From: Candidatus Hydrogenedentota bacterium
GTDB taxonomy: Bacteria > Hydrogenedentota > Hydrogenedentia > Hydrogenedentales > CAITNO01
Reading direction: 5' to 3'
Assembly: GCA_012523015.1 (NCBI GenBank)
Contig: JAAYJI010000005.1
Location: 871-64,870 of the forward strand
DNA length: 64,000 nt
In this document: positions 9,700 through 17,983 of the stretch, piece by piece
Numbering within the stretch: position 1 is the first letter of the stretch
How the letters are laid out: each line of letters begins with the position of its first letter
Made by a program: the position numbers and the translations under genes
Notes under the pieces: generated by a model
What the model saw: only the letters and a program-made list of their open reading frames with translations
The model's database searches: none
What the model was told of the DNA's origin: nothing

Positions 9700-12600
9700 T
9701 TGTTCTTCACATACAGGGACCCCCAATTGCAGGATAGAACCTCACCTATTCGGCTCAGGCGCTTGATACCAATCCTCCTGTTACTCGCCGTCGCCATAAT
9801 CATCCGCGCTTATGTTTTTCAGGAATATCGCGATGAACCTGATTATGGCTATCCAATGCATGATGCCGCCTTTAAGGACTACTGGGCGCGTGCTATTGTC
9901 ACAGGAGATTGGACACCACCACCGGGTAAAGACTCACCTTTTTGCGACTGGATGCCTTATTGCCATCCGCCTGCTTACCCGTGGTTTTTAGCCGGCGTGT
10001 ACAAAGTCTTCGGCTTGAATGCTGCCGCGCCCCGTTTAATACAGCTGCTGCTCGGATTATTTTCCATCCTGCTGCTCTACGATTTCACGCGTCGCTGTTT
10101 TCATCACGGGATCGCCTTCTTTGCTGCGCTGCTCATGTCGCTGTATTTTATTTTCCCCTTATATGACATGGATATTGGACAGACGAGCCTTGGTATCTTT
10201 TTGTTGTTGGCGACAGTGGATTTACTCGCCCTTTCTTTTTCCTCGCGATCCTATCGCCCCGTCTTTTGGGCGGGACTCGTTCTCGGCTGTCTTTTTCTCA
10301 CCCGTGGTGAGTTTATCGTTTTTCTACCCCTTTTCTTGTTGGTAGTCCTCTTTCGCCGGCCCCAAGGCAGCCGCCGACGTACAGCGCTCTTCAGTCCCCT
10401 TGTTTTGCTCCTTGCCCTTGCTATTCCTCTCGCGCCGGTAACGCTACGCAATTACCGCCATGCCGGCGTGTTCCCCGTGCTTTCCGGTGACGGCCCTATC
10501 CTTTTTTATTATTCTAACAATCCCTGGGCAACGGGATTTAATCCTGACTCACCCGATCTGCGCGCCTATAGCGATAACAACGAATGGTCCCTCTTTGCTT
10601 TTCCTAAAATGTATGAACGCTACGCGGAGGCTTCTGGCTTGCCGCCCCACGACTATACCGCATTGGTCGGGCATCTCACGCAAAAGGCGTGGCACTATAT
10701 TCGCAGTCATCCTCATGACTGGGCGCGCCTCGTTTTCAAGAAGGTCGTGTTGTTCTGGGGTCCGCAGGAGATTGATGAAAATAAAATCATTGCTTATGAC
10801 AAAAAGCATTCCGCTATACTACGCTATTTGCCGGGCTTCCCCTTTATAATGGGTATTTTCCTTTTGGGCGTGATCTTGCTCATTTTTGGAAAAGGGACGG
10901 GAACTTCCGAAAATATTTCTGAAAACGCTGTCCCCGTAAAACAACAACGGCTTCTAGGGGCATTATTTTTATTCTCTATCATACTGTACACGGGCATTTA
11001 CGCCATCTTTTATGTGACCGCACGGTATCGCGTTCCCATGATCCCCTTCATGATGATTTTCGGGGGAATCGCGCTGCATCAACTCTTTCTTCTAATCAGG
11101 GGCCGCCGATATCGTTATGGTATCGGATGGGCACTGCTTTTCGCCTGTTTTTATCTGCTGTCAAGCATTCAATGGATTCCTTTCACGCCCGACCGGGCAC
11201 GGTGGCACGATGAAAGACGGCAGGCATGGACAGCAACCAACCGACTTCGGGAGGGCGTGGACGATTTGCAGCGCTGGATCGCTTACCAGCCTGATGATGC
11301 TGACGCCTACTACAATCGGGGCGTGATGCTCTTTGATCTGAAAGAACAGGAAGCTTCCTTAACTTGTTTTCGAAAGGCGCTGGAAATTGATCCGGCTTAT
11401 CTGCAGGCTTATTATAATTTAGGTCTTGCCTACAGTGAGATGGGACACTATGAAGAGGCGGTTCAGGCTTTTCAATCGCGATTGCACGGAGCGCCGGAGG
11501 ATGCCGATAGTTGGTATGGACTCAGCCGTGTCTATGCCTATATGGGACAGGGCGCTGAACAAGGCGACACCTTGGAGAAGGCGGTTGCCGTAAATCCGCG
11601 GCATGCCCGCGCCTTGGTTGATCTTGCTGTTCTGCGCAAGGGACAGGGCGACGTACAGGCAGCGGAATCCTTGCTGCGACAGGCGCTGCGCTACAATCCC
11701 AATTACAGTATGGCGGCCTTTAATTTGGGACTTTTATTGAATGATCTCGGTCATTATAAAGCGGGCTTAGCGCAGCTGGAACAGGCGCTGATGGAAGACG
11801 AGGACAATCCGGAATTCCACTACAACACGGGCTTGGCGCTCATGCACCTGGGGCGGTACGAAGCGGCCGTGATGCAATTTAACGAGACGTTAAGGGTATC
11901 GCCCGATTACGGGGAGGTTTATTCGAACTTGGGTTTGTGTTTGGGGCGGCTGGGCCGTGAAATGGAAGCACGAGCAGCTTTCGACAAGGCCTTTGCACTG
12001 CTGCCCGAAGCGGTCGATACCCTCTACAATTATGGCTGTGCTTTGAAGGCGCTTGGCGACCTGCAAGAGGCAGAAAAGCATCTCCTTCAGGTTCTTGCTC
12101 TGAACCCTGACCATGGCAAAGCGCAATTCGAGCTGGGCGTCCTCTACATTAACAGCGGCGATTTCGAAAAGGCGCTGTCCCACTTGGAAGGAGCAGTGAA
12201 AACGCTGCACGGCGATCCGGAGATCCATTATAACCTTGGGCTCATCCGCCAGCGACAAGGCATGATACCGGAGGCTATGACTCATTTCTACGACGCCTTG
12301 AAGCGTGATCCCAAGCACTATGCGGCAAATTGCAGCGTGGCGACGGTGCTGCGGTCTCGGGGTGACGGGGCGGGCGCGCTGCCTTACCTGGAAATCGCTT
12401 TAGAGCAGACGCCCGAAGATGCCTCGTTGTTGTATGAACAAGGACTCGCTTTCTACGGGCTGCAGCGTTTTGAAGAAGCCTCTGCGTCGCTCGACAAATC
12501 AAAGGCAGCCGCCCCTGACCGTCCGCAGACGTGGAAGAATCTCGCGCTCAGCTTGCACGCAGCAGGAAAGAATGAGGAAGCGATCGATAATTTCACCCAA

Positions 12601-13998
12601 TATTTGGAGGAGGTTCCGGAGGACGACGGGGCGCGTACCGACCTGGGCATCACGTTCATCGATGCACAGCGTTTTGAGGAGGCGGAATCGCTGTTCAAGA
12701 TGCTCTTGCAAGACCACGATCAGGACGCCCGCCTGTATTACGATTATGGGCGTGCCTTGGCAGGATTGAAGCACTATGAAGCCGCTGTGGACGCCTTCAG
12801 AAATGCCTTGCATTGGGATGCCGGCTATATTGACGCCATGAACAGCCTCGCCTTCACCCTTTCTCTGATCGATAGGAACGAGGAAGCGGAGCAATGGTTG
12901 AAGCACGCCCTGTGTTTGGACGCGGTGAACGGGGACAGCTTCTTTAATTTAGGCTATGTGTACAGCGTCACGGGCCGCAGTGAGGAAGCGATGAACCGCT
13001 TTCGGGACCGCTTACGTATGGATCCCCACCATGGGCCGTCACTGCTCAATGTGGGGCTGCTTCTAGAGGAGCGCGGCGATAAAGAGGGGGCATTACAGGC
13101 CTTTCACGATGCGCTCGCCGCTGATGAATCCCTTGCCCTTGCTCATCACCATATGGCGGGGCTCCTTCGCGATGCCGGTGATGGGGAAGCTGCACTCACC
13201 CATTACAGACGTGCTTTGGAACTGGATCCTGATAATGTCAACACGCCGAAGAATCTGGGCTTCCTCTTGATACAGCTGAATCGAGAAGGTGAGGCAAAAG
13301 AATTGTTTGAACGTGCCCTGCAGGCGACGCCCGACGATGCAGATGCCCATGTCGGACTGGGCGATGTCTTGGCCGCGGAAAATAATCCAGACGCCGCACA
13401 ACAGCATTATGAACGTGCTCTTGCCTTGCAGCCGCAACATGCCTTGGCTTTGCGCCAGTATGGCTTTTTGCTCATGCGAAAAGGATTGGCTGCTGAAGCC
13501 TTGCAGTATTTTGAAAGGGCACTGCCTTTGTTGTCGGAGGATGCCGGACTTCATGTAGGCCTTGCCGATGCCTTAGCAGCGCGGGGCAGTACGGACGAGG
13601 CAGAACGCTATTACCGCGAAGCGATTGAACGCTATCCTGATTTTGATCTGGCATGGAATAATCTCGGAGATCTCCTTTCCCGCGACGGGCGCACTGTCGA
13701 AGCCATCGACGCTTTTGAACGGGCGCGTGTGCTTATGCCCGGAAACGCCAATGTTCTGTTGAACCTCGGACGCCTGTATATGCGTGAGAAAAAAAAGGAG
13801 CAAGCCCTTCAGGTACTTGAAGAGGCGCGCCGCATTGAGCCCGATAATTTGCGTGTCCGTGTGTTGCTCGGCGATATACAGCTTGAGTTGGGCAATGCCG
13901 CCGCTGCCATCAAAGAATATCAACAGGTCCTTCTCGAGCGGCCCGACTGGCAGGATGTACGGGAGAAACTGACCGCTGCCGGCGCCATAAAGGAATAA
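9700..13998 (+). CDS. Giant membrane protein: N-terminal GT-C-fold glycosyltransferase-like polytopic domain (PMT_2/GT39/ArnT-like, DE motif in the first loop) fused to a very long TPR array (TMTC-like architecture).
   Basis: First hydrophobic helix followed by YRDEPDYGY (the DE motif position of GT-C mannosyl/arabinosyltransferases), then about 11 TM segments and about 20 tandem 34-aa TPR units (recurring AYYNLG / A..L..A patterns). The start at 9700 is a TTG; the true start is uncertain (an alternative in-frame TTG lies near 9757). Confidence 0.75.
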   Translation: MFFTYRDPQLQDRTSPIRLRRLIPILLLLAVAIIIRAYVFQEYRDEPDYGYPMHDAAFKDYWARAIVTGDWTPPPGKDSPFCDWMPYCHPPAYPWFLAGVYKVFGLNAAAPRLIQLLLGLFSILLLYDFTRRCFHHGIAFFAALLMSLYFIFPLYDMDIGQTSLGIFLLLATVDLLALSFSSRSYRPVFWAGLVLGCLFLTRGEFIVFLPLFLLVVLFRRPQGSRRRTALFSPLVLLLALAIPLAPVTLRNYRHAGVFPVLSGDGPILFYYSNNPWATGFNPDSPDLRAYSDNNEWSLFAFPKMYERYAEASGLPPHDYTALVGHLTQKAWHYIRSHPHDWARLVFKKVVLFWGPQEIDENKIIAYDKKHSAILRYLPGFPFIMGIFLLGVILLIFGKGTGTSENISENAVPVKQQRLLGALFLFSIILYTGIYAIFYVTARYRVPMIPFMMIFGGIALHQLFLLIRGRRYRYGIGWALLFACFYLLSSIQWIPFTPDRARWHDERRQAWTATNRLREGVDDLQRWIAYQPDDADAYYNRGVMLFDLKEQEASLTCFRKALEIDPAYLQAYYNLGLAYSEMGHYEEAVQAFQSRLHGAPEDADSWYGLSRVYAYMGQGAEQGDTLEKAVAVNPRHARALVDLAVLRKGQGDVQAAESLLRQALRYNPNYSMAAFNLGLLLNDLGHYKAGLAQLEQALMEDEDNPEFHYNTGLALMHLGRYEAAVMQFNETLRVSPDYGEVYSNLGLCLGRLGREMEARAAFDKAFALLPEAVDTLYNYGCALKALGDLQEAEKHLLQVLALNPDHGKAQFELGVLYINSGDFEKALSHLEGAVKTLHGDPEIHYNLGLIRQRQGMIPEAMTHFYDALKRDPKHYAANCSVATVLRSRGDGAGALPYLEIALEQTPEDASLLYEQGLAFYGLQRFEEASASLDKSKAAAPDRPQTWKNLALSLHAAGKNEEAIDNFTQYLEEVPEDDGARTDLGITFIDAQRFEEAESLFKMLLQDHDQDARLYYDYGRALAGLKHYEAAVDAFRNALHWDAGYIDAMNSLAFTLSLIDRNEEAEQWLKHALCLDAVNGDSFFNLGYVYSVTGRSEEAMNRFRDRLRMDPHHGPSLLNVGLLLEERGDKEGALQAFHDALAADESLALAHHHMAGLLRDAGDGEAALTHYRRALELDPDNVNTPKNLGFLLIQLNREGEAKELFERALQATPDDADAHVGLGDVLAAENNPDAAQQHYERALALQPQHALALRQYGFLLMRKGLAAEALQYFERALPLLSEDAGLHVGLADALAARGSTDEAERYYREAIERYPDFDLAWNNLGDLLSRDGRTVEAIDAFERARVLMPGNANVLLNLGRLYMREKKKEQALQVLEEARRIEPDNLRVRVLLGDIQLELGNAAAAIKEYQQVLLERPDWQDVREKLTAAGAIKE

Positions 13999-14106
13999 AA
14001 GGAAACCCTTCCCTAATGCCGTGGGGCGGAGAACAAGAATTCCGATAGGTTGTTTTCTCGGTATGGCTGTTGGACTGTTACCACCCCCTTGGGCTATGAT
14101 TTGTCC

Positions 14107-17100
14107 ATGAATACAAAAGAAAAACAACATACGATTGCCGGTCTTTTTGTGCTCCTGTTAATCATGGGAATCGCTGTCATCCTTCGGTTGGTCGGGATTA
14201 CCAAGGAGTCTTTGTGGTGGGATGAATACGCCAGCCATGTGTATTTGAATACGCCTACCCTTTCCGACTTCCTCGCGTGGAATCTAAGCCTTGATCCGCT
14301 CAGCCTGCCCAGTTATTACAGTCTGGAATATTGGTGGACACACTATGTGCATGATTCCGTATTGAGTCTTCGGCTTCTGAGTGTTCTTATCGGTGTTGCC
14401 GTCATTCCCCTCGTCTACGGATTGGGCAGACGCATGGTGAGCCGACGTGCAGGTTTGTTGGCGGCCGCGCTGGTCGCCCTGTCGCCCAACCATATACACC
14501 ACGCCCAAGGTATACGCGCTTACGTTCTGTTTATATTCCTTACCGCCCTGGTCGTGTGGACCTTTATCCGCCTTCTCGAGGAGCGGCGCTTGTCATGGTG
14601 GGCAGCCCATGCTATTGCCTGCCTGCTCTTGTATTGGACCCATGCCTTTTCGGTCTTACTGCCTCTTTCCTTAGGTATTTTTTTGCTATTTCGTTTGAAG
14701 GTGTGGCGCGGCTTTCTCTTTCAGTGGGGCATCGTGCAAGTGATTTTATTGGCGCCCACAGCCTTTTATCTTTCCACGCTTCGGTTCTGGCCGCAAGATA
14801 CCACAGCACGCTGGATTGCACTGCCGGGCGTCTTATCCCTTGGCGCTGATCTCTTCTTCGACGATATTTCCGCCTTTCATTGGCAGTTTCGATTGGGCGC
14901 GATAGCAGCTTCCTTGGGATCGCTGCGCGTGGTTGTTGACCTTGTCTTTGCCGTACTGATCCTAGTCGGTCTTTTACAAGTTGCGGCGAGTGGGGCGCGA
15001 AAGAAGACACAAGATTCCGCCTCCAAAAATAACTATGGACTCCTTTTTTATCTCTGGCTTCTTATCTCGCCCATAAGTTTATTTATACTGTCTTGGACAA
15101 TGCGCCCTTGTATGTTTCCGCGCTATACGATTCATAGTACCCTTGCCTTATACCTGCTTTTGGGCGCAGCATTTGGAGCGTCCAAAATTCCCGGTCGCCG
15201 TCTCGTATTGCCCTTGCTCCTTTGCGGACTCATGTTTCTCCAATGGTTTTGGCTGCAGCCGGGTCCGCAGCGCAGCGATTGGCGTTCCGCCGCACTCTTC
15301 CTTCAAGAACAGGCTGCGCCTCACGATGTATTGCTGGTTAAGAACAGGCTTAGCCGAAATATTTTTCTACACAATATGGAAGTATTGACACCGCAAAACC
15401 TAGAGATTCCTGTGGCTTCAGCGAGTACTTATTCCCTTTTAGCCGCGCAGACTGCTCTGTGTCTAGGCATACTTCCTTCGGAGACGGAAGACACACGAGT
15501 CTGGGTGCTCGTGGCTATGGACTATTTTGAGCCGGGCCCGCCCCAAGATTTTGAGCGTTATCTTGAAGAATGGTCTATTCCTTTTGAACGCTGGTCTTTT
15601 CCTGCCATTCGCGAAATCTATATCTATCGCATGGACAGGGGAACGGCAGCCCTGCCCGATTCTATAGAAGCTTTATATACGGACTCGGACATCAAAAAAG
15701 ACAGCTTAGCGGGAGACCTGGAGCATCACAGCATGCAAGCTTTCGGAGAGCTTGCAACGGCTCTGGCTTTGCAAGGAGAACGAGAGGCGGCAAAAGAAAT
15801 CTTTGACGGTATTTTTAAGATCAATACCTTCGCCAAAGAAATCTATGGGAATTTTCGTAAAGCCTTGGATGCGGCTGAAGAACTCGATACCAAGGCAGCA
15901 GCCATCGAAACGCTTTGGCAAGCCTATGGTTTGCGCAAGAATGTTCAGCCGCGCCTCATGCTGCAGGCGTTTCAAAAGGCGGCGGCTTTGGATCCCATGC
16001 TTGCCCTCGCTCATGTCGAAATAGGGCTGGAGCTGGCACAACAAGGAACCTATACCGAAGCGAGAGAAGCGTTACTGCTTGCAATGAATGCCGATGATCG
16101 GTATCGTGATATGCTCTCCAGTCTCGTTGATGCATTGGCAAATGGTCAGGACATTCCCGCAAAATTAAGCGCTGTTATGGACTATCGTGAGGCGCTTTTA
16201 GCACTCAGCACCGGCGACACGGAAAAAGCGCAACGTATGCTGCAACATGCCCGCGCGACTGATCCCCAACTGGTTGCTGCTCAGCTTATGCTTGCCTATG
16301 TCTGGGTCGACGGGGACAGCGATGAAGACGTAGAAGCACTGCTGCAGCAGTATCTAAGCGCCACCGACCGTCCTCTTATTGATAGTTTTGCTTATCTTGC
16401 AATGATTCTAACTGAACATAACAACCTGGACCGCGCCGCCAACACCATGAAGATGCTTTTTGACACAGATACTCAGACCCGCAAGAGCTACGACAGTTTA
16501 GCGAAAGCCCTTGCATCGGGCGAAGGTGTGTCCGAAGCAGCGTTATCAATCCGCAGCATGTGGGAAGGCTTTGATGCAGCGGCGAATGCAAAGGAAGAAC
16601 AAGCGCTGAGCGCCTTTGCCAAAGCAGTGGAAATAAATCCCGACAATAACCCGGCGGCCCTTGAATTAGCGCTTCATCTGGTTGCTGCGAAGCGACAGGA
16701 AGAGGCGCTTCCCTTGCTTCTGCGTGTTGCTGAAAAAGACCCCGATTATAGGACGATGACCGAGTTTCTCATTCACGATATACGCAGCGGGGCTGATACG
16801 ACGGCGAGCCTCAACGGGATCAACGCCTATCGGCGCGGAATCCTTGCACAGAGCCGCGGCGAGTATGAAGAGGCGGTGACAGCGTTGGAGGAGGCGGTGC
16901 AGGCGGATCCGCGACTCGAAGCCGCCCATACGTCGCGGGTATTTAACTTAATTATTCTGCGTAGATTTGAAGAGGCGATGGCAGGGCTTAACCGCTATCT
17001 TGATGGAACAGAGCATCCGTCGCCCGGAGCCTTTGGGCTTCTTACCGTGCTTTACATTGCCAACAAGGATACGGAACAAGCCGTCGAGTCGTACCGGACT

Positions 17101-17925
17101 GCCATGAGTATGGATGACAGCTACGCGCAGCAATTCGGACCGATCTTTTTCGCGGCCTTGGAGATGCGCGACTACGACAAGCTCCGACAGGAGATGGATC
17201 AACTGAAAAAGGCAGGTGTCGACCTCTATCCGCTCATGGATGAAATCACCCGCGATTATTTGGCAAATACTGAGCCTCGTTCCGAAGCTGAGATTGCCCT
17301 TCAAAAAATGAAAGAAGAGAACCGATACTGGGCAGATATGCAGCGTTTTGCCGAGGAAGATGAGGCAGAAACACCCGTTCCCGGCGATATCCTCTTTACC
17401 GGCAGCTCCACGGCTCGCATGTGGGATGTGAAGAAGTTTTTCCCCGATTTACCTGTTGTGAATCGCGGCTTTGGCGGCTCTGTGTATAAAGAAGTGACTC
17501 TCTTCCACAAGGAGATCGTGCGCAGCCACCAGCCCTCCATCCTTGTTTTGTATTCCGGTGATAACGACGTTTTCAGAAATGAGACCGCTGAAGAGACAGC
17601 ACAAGATGGATTGGATGCTGTAGATGCGCTGCGCACAGTGGCACCGAAGGCGCAGATTATTGTGATCAGCACCAAACCCAGTGCTTCCCGCTGGCAGTAT
17701 GCGCCGGTCATGCTCGCCGCCAATGGGATTATCGCTGAACAGCTTGCCACGCGGGAAAACATGATCTTCGTCGATCTTGTTCCTTTGCTTCTGGATGAGA
17801 AGGGCTTGCCCGATCCCGTATGTTTCCGTGACGACGAATTACATTTAAGCGATGAAGGATACCGTCGCTGGAGCGAAGCGCTGCGACCCTACCTCATCAA
17901 AGCCGGAGAAACAACAGAAAACTGA
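14107..17925 (+). CDS. Giant three-module membrane protein: GT-C-like polytopic domain (PMT_2/GT39-like, WWDEY motif), TPR-like helical repeats, and a C-terminal SGNH/GDSL hydrolase domain.
   Basis: ATG at 14107 (MNTKEKQHTIAGLF) precedes the first TM; LWWDEYASH DE motif; multi-TM region to about aa 400; helical repeat region. The C-terminus has the SGNH blocks in canonical order: FTGSS (block I Ser), GFGGS (block II Gly), YSGDNDV (block III GxND), DELHLSDEGY (block V DxxH). Confidence 0.75.
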   Translation: MNTKEKQHTIAGLFVLLLIMGIAVILRLVGITKESLWWDEYASHVYLNTPTLSDFLAWNLSLDPLSLPSYYSLEYWWTHYVHDSVLSLRLLSVLIGVAVIPLVYGLGRRMVSRRAGLLAAALVALSPNHIHHAQGIRAYVLFIFLTALVVWTFIRLLEERRLSWWAAHAIACLLLYWTHAFSVLLPLSLGIFLLFRLKVWRGFLFQWGIVQVILLAPTAFYLSTLRFWPQDTTARWIALPGVLSLGADLFFDDISAFHWQFRLGAIAASLGSLRVVVDLVFAVLILVGLLQVAASGARKKTQDSASKNNYGLLFYLWLLISPISLFILSWTMRPCMFPRYTIHSTLALYLLLGAAFGASKIPGRRLVLPLLLCGLMFLQWFWLQPGPQRSDWRSAALFLQEQAAPHDVLLVKNRLSRNIFLHNMEVLTPQNLEIPVASASTYSLLAAQTALCLGILPSETEDTRVWVLVAMDYFEPGPPQDFERYLEEWSIPFERWSFPAIREIYIYRMDRGTAALPDSIEALYTDSDIKKDSLAGDLEHHSMQAFGELATALALQGEREAAKEIFDGIFKINTFAKEIYGNFRKALDAAEELDTKAAAIETLWQAYGLRKNVQPRLMLQAFQKAAALDPMLALAHVEIGLELAQQGTYTEAREALLLAMNADDRYRDMLSSLVDALANGQDIPAKLSAVMDYREALLALSTGDTEKAQRMLQHARATDPQLVAAQLMLAYVWVDGDSDEDVEALLQQYLSATDRPLIDSFAYLAMILTEHNNLDRAANTMKMLFDTDTQTRKSYDSLAKALASGEGVSEAALSIRSMWEGFDAAANAKEEQALSAFAKAVEINPDNNPAALELALHLVAAKRQEEALPLLLRVAEKDPDYRTMTEFLIHDIRSGADTTASLNGINAYRRGILAQSRGEYEEAVTALEEAVQADPRLEAAHTSRVFNLIILRRFEEAMAGLNRYLDGTEHPSPGAFGLLTVLYIANKDTEQAVESYRTAMSMDDSYAQQFGPIFFAALEMRDYDKLRQEMDQLKKAGVDLYPLMDEITRDYLANTEPRSEAEIALQKMKEENRYWADMQRFAEEDEAETPVPGDILFTGSSTARMWDVKKFFPDLPVVNRGFGGSVYKEVTLFHKEIVRSHQPSILVLYSGDNDVFRNETAEETAQDGLDAVDALRTVAPKAQIIVISTKPSASRWQYAPVMLAANGIIAEQLATRENMIFVDLVPLLLDEKGLPDPVCFRDDELHLSDEGYRRWSEALRPYLIKAGETTEN

Positions 17926-17983
17926 AGCTATCGGTTGTAGTCCTGTGTCCGCCACAGGGGGGCTGTACCGACTCAACGGCTTA

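Noticed and set aside
9462-9803. 113-aa minus-strand ORF in the divergent region upstream of the first giant gene.
   Set aside because: No RBS and no motif. It overlaps the probable 5' end and promoter region of the 9700 gene, so it is likely non-coding.
14050-14106. A 19-codon N-terminal extension of the second giant protein (MFSRYGCWTVTTPLGYDLS...), as called by the ORF track.
   Set aside because: A downstream ATG (14107) immediately precedes the first TM helix, and the GT-C family starts close to the first helix. The upstream part is probably untranslated.
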